64,000 bases of DNA from Azolla caroliniana (lineage: Eukaryota > Plantae > Polypodiophyta), in assembly GCA_043228905.1 (NCBI GenBank), contig JBHGNT010000016.1, positions 4,154,001 to 4,218,000 on the forward strand, in the 5' to 3' direction. This document shows positions 23,731 to 36,174 of this stretch, in pieces; the stretch's first letter is position 1; each line of letters starts with the position of its first letter. A program made the translations under genes and the position numbers. The notes under the pieces are model-generated. The model made no database searches. It worked only from the letters and a program-made list of their open reading frames with translations, and was not told the origin of the DNA.

Positions 23731-26700
23731 GTTGCACACTATGTGGAAATTATATTTTTGTCCCTCCGGATAAAGAATGGAGTGCTCGGTGAGAACCGGA
23801 AGAAAACGGCATACCGGCGAGGAGGAAAAACGGCATACCGGCAAGGAGGAAAACGGCATACTGGCAAGGAAGAAAACGGCATACCAGCAAGGAAGAAAAC
23901 GGCATACCGGCAAGGAAGAGCCGGATAAAGAGACATAAATGTAAAAGGAAAGGAAATACTCACTACTGCACAGGGCGTGATTCGAACTCTGCACCTCCAC
24001 GTTGACAAACCCCAACCTTACCATTACATTAACTTATCTTAAGTGTTTTAAATATAGATTTAATACGTATAAGACCTTTATTTATGCATACCTTTATTAA
24101 AAGGTAAATCGTGTATTTTTTTAATATATGAAAAAGACGAGACACTAAAAATAACTCATGCACATCTAGCGTGCATGAGCCCTATACTTAGGAAAAAGCA
24201 TCACATGCACATTTAGTGGACATGAACACTTTTTGTAAAAAAAAAAAAGCATGTAGCTATGCTTAGTCTCTCCCATCACTATATAAGGATGGGGAGCACA
24301 TTGTAGTTGTTGTTGATTATTTGGATTAAGAATTAATCGATACAAAAATTATTCGTGGGATTCACGATTTATACGTCTACATCTCTCTTAACACCCTAAG
24401 TACCAATTAATATAGTATACTCGTGTGATTCACGAGTTTCTTATCTTTCTCTTTGCTATTTACTCATAATTAATCTCTATCTCACGAACTTCTTTCTCCT
24501 AGTCCAAGACCTCTGTGGTTCCCACCCGACTCACGCAACGATCCGGAGCCGAAAGGCACGACAACGTCCTCTGGCCTCCGCTCGAGCTGTCGTATACGCG
24601 CCGTTAGCAGTTCTTCCCGACTCATCTCATCTCTCCAGTCCACTGTCGCCCAAGAGGAGATCGTCCGCTCCATCAGCATGATCGGCTTCTGTCCGAACAT
24701 GAGCTCTGACGGCATGAACCCGGTTACCGAACTGTGTGTTGTCCTGTCCGCCCACAAGGCATAAGGTAATAGTCGCGGCCAGTTCCCGACCTGGCCTCCG
24801 CAGGCCCGGACTAGCGCTTTGACGATCGGCCCGTGTCCACGCTCCACCTTCCCGTTCGCCTCCGGATTGTACGCTATGGTGAGCGAGAGCTTGACCCCTA
24901 ACCGGTCGAACAGCTCCTCGGCCTCTTCGGCGTCCAACTCCCCGCGGTCAGCCACGATCTTCCCGACGCACCCGTACCGGCATATCACGTCCTCGATCAG
25001 GAACCGACACACGGCCGCGGTCGTTTTGTTCTGCAGGGCTCGGCCTTCCACCTGGTTCGTCAGGTCCTCCCGGGCCAGCACCAGATATCGCATTTGCCCT
25101 ACACCCATCGGCATCTTCACCAAATCTACCATCCATTTGAAGTGGATGGTCGGAGGGTATGTAGGGTGAAGCTCATCCCGATGTCGGACTATGGAGTGTA
25201 TCTGACAGCTCTCACAAGTTGTCACGAACCAATGCACGTCCCGGTACAATCCCGGCCACCAGTACTTCCCCTTTAGTTTCTCGAACGTGGCCCACGTTCC
25301 ACGGTGTCCAACCCAGGGGCTGTCGTGGTAGGCCTTCAGAAACTCCTCTTGTTCCTCCTTCATCGCCACCACTCGGAGCGGGATGCCGTTTCTCTTCTTC
25401 GGGTGCTTCCACAAGTATCCGTCCCGGAGAAAGAATCGGTATGCTTTCTTCCGGATCCGGTTGGCCTCGTTCTTTGTCCATGACGCGGCCGGCGTCATCA
25501 TCCTCAAGAATCCCCCAATCTGCAGCCACTCCCCGTTGTACTTGCTCTCGTCGAAATCATTAAGCGCCGGAGTGCTCCCTCCCTCGGTTGTTACGTAGGC
25601 CGCCTCGAAGAAGTCTACGCCGACTTCCTCGTCTTCCAAAACCATGCCGCCCTCGTCGTCGAATCGCGCCCTCAAAAGCATGTCGGCCATGGCATTATCT
25701 TTCCCGGAAATGTGTCGTATTTACGGATCCAGGGACTTGATGTACGCTATCCACCTGAGCATTGCCAGGTCCAGGGTTGCGCATCCGGAAACCATGCCGA
25801 GAATCGGCAGGCAGTCCGTCTCGATAATCACCTCTGTCCCGATCAGATAGTCTTTATCGGCCTTTACCGCCGAAACGATACCCCAGAGTTCGCGTTTAAC
25901 CTGGGCGTATCCTCGCTGTCGCTTGCTGAGGACCTTCGCGCCGAACCGGATTGGGAGCCGAATGCCGTTCTCATCTTCTTGGTTGACGACCCATCCGATC
26001 CCGGTCGGACTCGTATCTACCGTTATGTAGATGGGAGTCCCTTTCTCGTAGACAGCCTTCCGGAGTGTCGGAGCTGCAGCAAGAGCCTCCTTCATGTTTC
26101 GGACCGACTCTGTATGCTCGTCTCGCCACTCGAATTTTCGCCCCTTTTTCAGCAACCCGTATAGCGGCTCGGCAACGTGGGCGTAATGCGGGATCCATAT
26201 GTGGTAGAAAGCGCATGCTCCCAAGAACCTCCGTACCTCCGTGACCGAGTTACAGTCGGGCTTCATTGCGGAGATGGCTTCTACCTTAACCGGAGACGGT
26301 TTCTGCCCATACGGTCCGCATAGTTGTCCGACGACCATGATCTCCGATTGCCCGAAGGCCGATTTCTCTCCGGAGAAGGTGAGCCTCGCGTCCTCTAGCC
26401 TCTGCAGCACCTTCTCGCAGTCGCCAATGTGTGTCGCCACGAATTTCCGGCATCCGTCCGATCCGATCGTTTCGTCCTTTTCCTCCACCGGACATCCCTT
26501 GATCGGGATGTCGTCCAAGAATAGCATGGTGATGTCCAGGACACAATCCCTCAGCACCTTGTTCATCGCATTCACCATGTGGGCCACCGAGTTCGTCCCT
26601 CCTTGCGGCAGGGTACACATCCGCACTAGGCCGAGAGGAGTCCGCATCGTCATAATGTCTCTGCTCTCCACGGCTAGTTGGAATTGATCGTACCCCGAGT

Positions 26701-28471
26701 ACAGATCACCGACCGAGTAGATCGACCTTCTGGCGAAGGCCTCTGCGAACTCGTCTATCGTTGGTCCGAATCCTGCGTTCCGAATGGTCACTCTGTTGAC
26801 CGGTTGCAGGTCTTGAATGAAGCGCAACGTCCCGTTCTTCTTCGGTACTGTAAACCACCGGTTCGAGTACGGGGCACTCGACGGTTCGAGGATGCCCATA
26901 TCGACTTTCTGCCTTAACAGCTCCATCAGCTCCGGGATGTGAGCTCTCGGTACCGGAATTGGTTTGAGATTCCACGGCACATGCGGTACCGTGAATATCA
27001 CCATCGGCTTCACGACTGTCGGGTCTACGCACCCGATCTCTCCCGGTGAGAATGCGAAGGCTTTCCCGTGCCTTCCGAGCATTCTCCGAAACCGGTCTTC
27101 TTCCGCCGGCAGTAGGAACCCGCCCCCACCGACTTTGAGCTCCCGTATCGTTCTGTCGGTGAAGGCGTGTCCTATGCAGGCCGGATCTCGTAAACTGGGG
27201 TCCGACGTGACCCCCTTGATTCGCAACTCGCTGCCCTTCGGTAAGGGTGCCGCGACTGGCCTTACCTTCCGGTCCAAAGTCTTGTACTTCGTGTTAACCC
27301 GGGCCGTCCGATCCGACTCGAGCCCTCGACTGAAGTCCGCGATGACTTCGTACATCTCTTCTGAACAAACCGGTATCGTCCGGTCCTCTTTAAGGCCTTC
27401 TCCGACCACCTCTCGCAATATTCCCAAGGTATCGTCGAAGGAGACCGCCTCCACAGCTCTGTTGATTTCCTCGCTGGGCCCGAGAACTCCGCACGCCCAA
27501 AGTCGCTCTTCCGCCCTTGTCTTTTCTCGGCCAACGACGCCGACTATCGTACACCCTCCGTTGTCGGAGAAACAAATCTTCCTATTTATGGTACAAGGTT
27601 TCTTCGGTTTCGCCTCTATCGTACATTTGTGGGGTTTTCCCGGAGTGTCCTCTCGGTTCTCGCCACCGAGGGACTCGCGGTTTTGTTCGTGGTTCGATCG
27701 CACCGTCAGGAACTGGACCGAATGACGCCCGTCTTGACTCTTGACCCTCGCGTAAGCCGACCCGTTGTCCAGCACCTTGGTCTCCATCCGCGCTGCCGTA
27801 ATGTACGGTTCTCCCAGTATGACCGGGTGAGAGGACGTCTCCTGCACAAAGAAGTGTTGGTCTATCTCAACGTCGCCGATCTTGACTCGCACGTTTGGGC
27901 AGGCCCCGTGTAGTTCCTCGGTGGCGCGCGTCGCTGCCCGTATCTTCCACCCGTGCTTGGTGTTGATCGGCCATTTCCCCTTCTTGTAGAAGTCCATGGA
28001 CATCAGGTTTATTTCCGAACCGTGGTCCACTAGTGCCACCACCGGTTCCAAAACATCTCCGATCTTCATCGGGGTTTCCGTGGTCGCTCGGGCCCAGTGT
28101 GGCCTCGAATAGTGGCTCTCTGCCCACTCGTCTTCCATCGCCATGTCCTCCATGTGCGTCGTCCGCACCTCCACCGGCCTTTCCGGTTCTGCCTCCGTCG
28201 ACAGCCTCTTCCTCTTCACCAAGTCTACGATGGAGTCGTGGAACTCCTTGGCGATTCCGAGCACCTCCCGCAACGACAGTTCCACCTTGCTGTCGAGGAT
28301 TCGTTCTTCCAGGACCTTTCGTAGGTCCATGGTCCTTTCGATCTCCGTGCCCAAACGGTATTCGCCCTTCTTGTGGTTATCCCGGGCACTGGACTCACTG
28401 GCCTCGTTCCGTTTCGGCCCGAATCGGGTTTCGTATCTCTGTGAGGGTCCGGCCCCTCCGGTTTTACCTAC

Positions 28472-28911
28472 TCGTTTGTCTTCAACCAGAGCCTCGTAGT
28501 TCTGGCAAGCTGCTTCGACGAACCCCATCTTTTCTTCAACCGGGTCACTCCACCCGGTTACCTCCTGGACCCGCTTCTCCGCGCGGTTCGCCTCGTCTTT
28601 CTTTAGTCCGGCACCGGCGAGGCCTTCCAGCACCGTCGGCCAGAACCCGGCTTTGCTCTCCTTCCGGGCCTTGCTGCCTCCGACCCGAATGTCGTTTGTC
28701 TTCAACCAGAGCCTCGTAGTTCTGGCAAGCTGCTTCGACGAACCCCGTCTTTTCTTCGACCGGGTCACTCCACCCGATTACCTCCTGGACCTGCTTCTCC
28801 GCGCGGTCCGCCTCGTCTTTCTTTAGTCAGGCACCGGCGAGGCCTTCCAGCACCGTCGGCCAGAACCCGGCTTTGCTCTCCTTCCGGGCCTCGCTGCCTC
28901 CGACCCGAATG
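28472..28911. repeat. 220-bp tandem duplication in Gypsy C gag
   Basis: 28472-28691 repeated at 28692-28911. Confidence 0.9.
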
Positions 28912-31292
28912 CCGGCTAACGCTAAGTAGTGGACGGTCTCCGCGTGTCGGGCCGCCGCCTCTTCCATCAGCCTTTTCATTCCTCCTCGCCCGTCGTTTCG
29001 GTTCAAGGCCCTCCGGGTATCGCTAGCGTGCACCCGACCTTCCCACAGGTACACTACACGGCTTCTCAAAGCCTCCGCAAAGTCCCCGCAGTCTTTCCGG
29101 ATGTGGCCGACCTCGTCGCACCACATGCACCTATTTCCTGCCGAAGGCCGTCGGTCACGAGCCTGATCGCCGCCTTCCCTCTGAGCCTGAGCGATCTAGA
29201 GATCCTTTACCGCCCGTGTCAACTCCTCCAAAGTTGTCCCCCCGGACGAGCCTCTGACCACGCCGGTCGAAGCCAAACCGGTTTCGAGCCACTCCCGGGT
29301 CTCTTCCCGTCGCGCCTGCGGTATCGGTTCGAGCTTCCTTGCTGCGACAGGACCCGCCCCGGTCGACCCTGTATCAGCCCACTCCCACCGTTTGTCAAAA
29401 CGGCCGCAGACTCTTTTTACCGCGGCCTAGTCGGCCGTCAGCCCGTCTTCGGTTTCCAGTAAGGAGCCCACTTGCTCCCGATCCCGTGCGTCAACCGATT
29501 TGACAAACAGTAGGACACGACTTGTGTCCAGAACGGTCCGATCGAGCGCCGAAAGGCGCGCAAAGCGATCCTCAAACTCCCGGAGGAGTGCCGACGCATT
29601 TCTTCCTTTGTCGGGGGACTCCACCCACTCCATGAAGCCCCACTTCGAAAGTCGAAGCACGTCATCCAACCCGTATTTCTCCAGGAGCCGTCCTTCGAAC
29701 TCCTCCCAGGTTCGGCTCTCCGCCCGGACCTCGAGCACCTCCGCATGGATGCCCGGCATCGCCACTCGAGGGAATCCGACAAGACGCCTCTCTTCCGGAA
29801 TATCCCTCATCAACATCTCCGCCCGGTAGGACGCCAAATAACTCGTGGCATCCTTTCCACTGAACCGGCCGATCATACCGACGATCGCCTCAATAGCCCT
29901 GTCAAGGGCGTCGGTGCCCACGCGCACGCTCACTATCCGGTCCACGGCCGAAGCCATGGCCTCTGCAAGATCCGACCCCCTCATCTTCTGCTCCTCTGCC
30001 GCATTTCACGTCGGGTTCACCAAAGATTCCACGTTGTTACGCGCGTGCGTGGAGAAACGAGGCGGAACCACCGGGGTCTTGGACCAAAGAGCAGGTGATG
30101 GGAGGGGAAAGAGAAAGAGAGAGACGACCGGTAACGTATGAGCAAAGAAACACAGGGACACGGCCCGTCAACGCAGAAAACATGAATGGACACTGAGACA
30201 GAGAGACACGAATGTTTGTATATTATCAAATGACACAAAACAACAGAGCACGCAAGCGGTTACAACCAAACAGGCCGGCGAACAGATGCTGATGCCTGTT
30301 CATCTGCGCACGAAAGGGAATAGGATGGAGGTGCTGCCGGAAGCACACGGGCGTTCCTCGAAGCAGCGCGAGCCTCCCGAAATTCTGCAGAGAAGAGCGA
30401 CGGAGAATGAACAGAGGAGAAGCGTTCGGTTACGGTTCGACAGCACTTCGTCCTCCTCAATGCGCGATCCCCTTCTCCCCACGTCTCCCTCTCTTTTATA
30501 GCTTCAGGAAGGGAGCCGTCTCCCCCATTTACTTCCTACCTACCGAATCTAACTACCCCGGATATGCCTATGTACCTAATTCCCTATTATATAAATTAAA
30601 GGGCGTGCACGCGTGAAGAGCCGGTTCACGCGCGCTATGCACCGATTGCGCTAAGGGACGGTTTTCTTCACGACAACGCGAACATCTGACACTTACTACG
30701 AGACTATAACTGCCTAGTAGTCTAAACTAATATTAGGCTTCCGGTTACCGATTGGATCCGGCTAACCGGCTCCCCAGCTCACCGGCTCTGTTGCTTGCCA
30801 GCTCAGTTGCTCACCAGCTTACCAATCCATCTCGCTCACCAGCTCAGGCTTATCCAGCTGATTCGGCTCCAGTTGAGCTTGCCGCTCAACACTCCCCCTC
30901 AAGCTCAACTTGAGGTTGGATCCTAGTGTCAGCCTCTGTGGCAGTCGGTTCTTCCAACTGACTTCTCATGGCGTCGCTCCGCCTTGCTCGCGCTCCTCAT
31001 CCGATCCGGTCCCATTTGCCGTGACCCTTCTGGTTCTGCACGCCTCGATCTTCTTGGTCGGCATGTCTAATCAATAGGCCCCTCTCAGCTCCTTCGATGC
31101 TATGACTCCGGCGCTTGCCGATCCGTCGGTTCCTCCGCGATGGCATCAACTTCCGCTGCATCTGTGTCTGCTTGGCCTCTAGTTGATTTGGTTCATCAGG
31201 ATCCATCTATTGATCCGAATCGGCTGTCTCCGATTCGTTCCAGCTCTTGTCTGAGTCGGTATCCTCCGACTCGTCTTTCGGTTTAAGGCCCT

Positions 31293-32737
31293 TCACCACA
31301 TCAGACCACGTCCAGTCTTGGCCTTGCTTCCATCCTCGGCTTCTTCAACCGGTTCACCAAAGTCGAATTCTTCATTCGACTCCGTATCTCGATCACTGCC
31401 GCCGTGATGATGATGACTAACTCCGCATAGTATGCACTTTTCTTCCTGCGTGCACACTTCTTCTTTCCGGTTGGCTCGGTCCTCCTTGACCTTGCCACCA
31501 CTGCTGCTCGTTCCGACTTGTTCAGACGTGCCGACTTTCTTCGTCGACTCGGCTTCTTTTTCCTCCTTGTCTCCCCCTCTTCCGGTTCTTCCCTTACTGG
31601 TGTCGGCAACAGTTTCTTTGCCTTTGCCCGTTCCGGCAGTGTCTTTGCCCCTTCTTCTCCCCCTCAAGTGTGGCACTTTGAGATGTTGAACACCAAGCAT
31701 GTCGGTAAAGTGTTGCAACTTGTCCGATCCGAGCGGCTTGGTGAAGATGTCGGCAACTTGCCGATCCGTGTGAACATATCGTACTTCAACTTCACCGCTC
31801 AGGACCCGCTCATGCACAAAGTGATAATGCACTTCTACATGCTTCGTGCGAGCATGGAACACAGGGTTCTTGGGAGCTACATGCTGCTAATGTTATCACA
31901 ATAAATCGGGATCGGGGTCAGTACCTCGATCCGCAAGTCTCACAGCAATCGCCGAAGCCAAATGGCTTCACAGGTGGCAACGGTTGCGCCTCGGTACTCA
32001 ACCTCAATGCTTGGCAGAGCCACTGTTGGCTGCTTTTTGCTGCTCCACGCAACAGTTGCGCTCCCAAGGGAAAACATAAAACCGGAAGTGGATCTGCGAT
32101 CCGACGCATCGCCGGCCCAATCGGCATCCGTGTAACCGACTAGCTCTTCGGTTATACCTCGCCGGTATAACAGTCCCCGGTCCTTCGTGCCGCTTACATA
32201 TCGCAGTATCCGTTGCGCACATTGAAGGTGCTCCACGGTCGGCTTCTGCATGAATTGACTTATCGTTCCGACCGGATAGCTGATGTTGGGTCGTGTGATA
32301 GTCAAGTAAATAAGGCTTCCGAGAATTTGTCGAAACCATTTCTCGTTGCAGGCTGGTCTGGAGTTAGGACGAAGCTTCTGGTTCCAGTCCAAGGGTGTGG
32401 AGATAGGTCAGCATTCTGTCATTCCGAACTTGTACAGCATATTCAAGATGTAATGTCGTTGTGAGAGCAATATGTCGTCAGGGGTTCGGATCACCTCGAT
32501 CCCAAGAAAATAATGAAGGTCCCCCAGGTCCTTCATCTCAAATGCGTCCAACAACTGGGACTTGACGCGGTTGACTTCTGGAAGACCCGGTCCGGTGATG
32601 ACTAAATAATCAACATACAACAGGATACATACCGGACCGGCTGAGCCTTGCTGGATGAACAACGAAGAGTCGAACTTGGAGGTCACAAACCCCATCTTAC
32701 GCAACCGGTGCGTGATCTTCGGATTCCAAGCTCGAGG
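31293..32737 (-). pseudogene. Copia B RT C-terminus and RNase H, with charged C-terminal extension
   Basis: LLYVDY(D), MKDLG, ITRP, GYTDADWAGD, WSSKKQ, FHARTKHVEVHYHF, ADIFTK; stops and frameshifts present. Confidence 0.9.
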
Positions 32738-33168
32738 TGTTATTCGCTAGCCGGACAAGGCCTAACACAAGGTGTCACGGAGACACTTCACCAAAGGGTG
32801 ATTACGGCATAGGATTAAGATTCAACGATTACACCGACTTACGTAGGTTACACGATTAGATTGCTTTGGTTAATTACACGCGTAAGATATCACAATAAGT
32901 ACAGAACGGAAATCAACACAGAAGTATAAACACCATATGCTCATTTAATTATCCGCTGCGATTACAATGGGGTCCGGGCCTTTAAATAGGTTTCCGGCCC
33001 GTAGTACAAAACGGTGCCTATCGCACCTATTCGGGATCCGTCCGGATCTGGAACGGCATACCGTTTCCAGTCCGTCCGTCCACACTATGCTCATTTACAA
33101 CCATATTTAATTAATTCCTTCACTCCGTATTTTTGGACTCCTTGCCGGCCGGTAACACATGGCACGCC

Positions 33169-35737
33169 GGGAACCTAGGAAGCAAGGACGAATCAAAGCC
33201 GGTACACATCGCCAAAGAAATGAAGCCGGAAGATAAAGCGGCGATGATCAAACTTCTCACGGAGTTTCGCGACATATTCGCCTGGTCATACGAAGACATG
33301 CGAATGGGGGGTGTTTGTGGCCGAAGTAATGATGTTCGGCCTAAAAACGGCACCAGCAACTTTCCAGCGAATTATCATGGAGATCTTTGGCGAATACATT
33401 CCTGCCTTCATGCAGGTCTTCCTGGATGATTTTGCAGTCTATAGCCGGGGAAAAGACCATTTGCAGCACCTACGGTTATGCCTTGAAAAGTGTAGGTTAT
33501 ACCGGCTAAGCTTAAACCCAGCAAAATGCATCTTTGGGGTTTCAAGTGGAATCTTACTGGGACACATTGTAAGTAAGGAGGGCATTGCGGTCGACCAGGA
33601 CAAAGTAAACGCTATACTAGGGGCACCGGCGCCGAAAACGGCCAAAGCACTAAGCCGATTCTTAGGACAGATCCGGTGGCACAGCCGGATGCTCCGTCAC
33701 TTGGCTGACTTGGCTACACCATTACACACCGCGGTACATCGGACACCGTTCCAATGGACGGATACGGAGGATAAGGCATACAATGCCCTGAAGGTACTTT
33801 TGTCGCAAGCACCCGTCGTGCAGCCTCCGGATTGGAGCAAGGAATTTCATGTGTTCGTGGACGCTTCCGACATCGCTATCGGCAGCGCCTTAATGCAACT
33901 TACGGAGCCCAAATGGTACCGGCCGGTATATTACGCCAGCCGGAAGCTGTCCCAAGCGGAGAAGAACTATTCGACTACAGAACGGGAGGCCCTGGGCATG
34001 ATCTACAGTGTCACAAAGTTTCGTCATTACCTATTGGGAAGGAAGTTCTCCTTTCATGTGGATCACTCGGCGCTCCTGTACTTAGTGTCCAAGGCGTCCC
34101 TGACCGGTAAGTTGGCCCGTTGGACCTTGCTGTTGCAGGAGTTCGAATTCGAGATCTTCCACCGGCCCGGTATCCAGCATGCCGTAGCAGACTATCTGAG
34201 CCGGTTAGAGTCCGGAGAATCAGGCGACGGAGTAGCGGATGAATTCCCGGACGTAGAGTTATTCCGTATCACCCCGGAAACGGCAGCGGACGACACAGTG
34301 GCATCAGAAGATAGGTGACTGACAAACATGCACCAGTTCCTAAGCACAGGCCTGCCACCGGAGGAAATGAACCGGGACGAGAGGAAACGACTGGCGGTGC
34401 AGAGCCGCAATTTCTGTCTGTTACGGGACACTCTCTACCACAAAGGAGCAGATGGAATATGGAGACGGGCAGTCCGTAGTGACGAGAAACAAGTAATCTT
34501 ACGGGAAGCACACTGTGGGGTTGCCGGAGGACACTATGCCGGGGAAGCGACGGCAAGGAAAGTATGGCAGAGCGGCTTATTGTGGCCCACGACGTTAAAA
34601 GACGCCGTCAAGTATGCTAAGGAATGTGACCTATGCCAACGAATGGGCCAGCCTACGGAGCAAGCACGGATGCCACACCAACCGGTACTTCCACTAGAGC
34701 CATTCCAGAAGTGGGGGTTGGATTTTGTCGGACCGTTCAAGCCACCGGCAATGAGAACGGGTAATCGTTATGTCATCGTGGCAACAGATTATTGCACTAA
34801 ATGGGTGGAGGCTAAGGCCTTGAGAGACAATACCGCATCATCCACAGCAAAATTCCTGTACGAGAACATTTGGTGCCGATATGGATGTCCGATTGAATTA
34901 ATCAGCGACCAAGGAGGGCACTTCCTCGGCCAGGTAGTGGAAAGCTTAACAACGTTCTATGCCGTGGTTCATAAACGGAGCACACCGTACTACCCACAAG
35001 CGAACGGGTTAGCAGAGTCCACCAACAAAACGCTGCAGAACATTCTCCGCAAAATCGTCAATGAAAACCGGACGGACTGGGATACAAAGCTCCATAGCGC
35101 GCTATGGGCGTACCGGACGGCATACAAAACAAGTATCCGGACAACGCCGTTCCGGTTAGCGTTCGGCTTAGAGGCGGTCATGCCGGTGGAATTTCAGGTA
35201 CCAAGCTTACGGATCCAACTACGGGAACGGCTGAATGAAAAGGAGTCGGAAGAAAGGCGGCTAGCAGCACTATGCGAACTGGAGGAGCAACGGCTGGCCA
35301 GCATCCTACACATGGAGCTGGAGCAACAACGACGGAAAGCGTTCGTTGACCGTCACCGAAAAGGTAATGAAAAGATGTTCGAAATCGGAAAGCCGGTGCT
35401 AGTATTCCAAACGAGGATGGGCAAGATGCCGGGTAAACTCCGGTTTAGATGGACAGGCCCGTATTGGCTGACACGGGAATACAACGGGTCCTATCAGATA
35501 GGGACACTTGCCGGTGAAGTACTAGGCAAGTGGGTGAACGGATTTAGACTAAAGCCGTATAAAGGACCGATGCCAAATAACCCGTTTATGCAGCCCACCG
35601 GCACTATACCGGGAACCTGTCCGGGAACGGTACGGAAAGAAGAAAAAGTCGACGGGGAACCCGTAGCAGAGGCAAAGGAAGACACGGCAACCCGTAAGGA
35701 AAACGGTAAGGGTCCGAAGGGACCTACGGATGGGTAA
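33169..35737 (+). pseudogene. pol: Gypsy G pol fragment (partial RT, RNase H, integrase)
   Basis: FRDIFAWSYEDM, internal RT deletion ~33302, MFGLK, FLDD, VDASD, EKNYSTTERE, WGLDFVGP, SDQG, NGLAES, GPY. Trp-to-stop at 34316. Confidence 0.9.
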
Positions 35738-36174
35738 TATCACATACCGTCATTTTAAAATAATAATAATAATAAATAATAATAATAAAAGAAATCATTA
35801 AAAATCGAGGTATGAACGGACGTGAAAGCAAGGAGCGAAAAGGTACGAAGTGGGCATTTAAGAGCCACCACGCTACTTAATACTAAATTGGTACACGACG
35901 TGTGCATGCTCGAAAAAGGCGCCAAGACGCACAGAGAAGAAGCAAAACGCATGGAGACCTTTTCATTTCACGAGCCAAGAAGCACAGAAGCACCAAGGCA
36001 GTGGAAGCTTAGCAAACGCGAACCTGCACTCAGAGTACCGCCGCGTTCAAAACGCTCTCTCTCTCGCTCTCACTCTCACCACCACTCTACCTCGCCATCT
36101 TTCCTCGACCTCGAAGCAGACATGGAACCACAAACGCTGTCGGAAGCGGCCAGGAAATGGTTCAGGCAACACGG

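Larger units (their letters stand above)
17205..24563 (+). mobile_element. Gypsy D, apparently intact autonomous tRNA-Trp-primed element (Phygy-like)
   Basis: ~846-bp LTRs 17205-18050 and 23718-24563 (TGTCGT...ACGACA), 4-bp TSD ACGT, PBS 18055-18072, PPT GGAGGGGGCGAG 23706-23717. Confidence 0.96.
16744..29984 (-). pseudogene. Gypsy C gag-pol, disrupted and split by element D at 17205-24563
   Basis: CMWCDEVGHIRKDC knuckle, LVDHGSEIN, FLDD, VDTS, WMVD/ADRGE/GKVER. Stops at 29427 and 28827, 220-bp duplication, frameshift ~25720. RPEDV|ERAA is rejoined by removing D. Confidence 0.88.
16353..30675 (-). mobile_element. Gypsy C, tRNA-Trp-primed non-chromovirus (Phygy-like), inserted in the Copia B 3' LTR
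   Basis: 5' LTR ~30035-30675, truncated 3' LTR 16353-16751, PBS 30005-30022, gag-PR-RT-RH-INT on the minus strand, interrupted by D. Confidence 0.9.
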
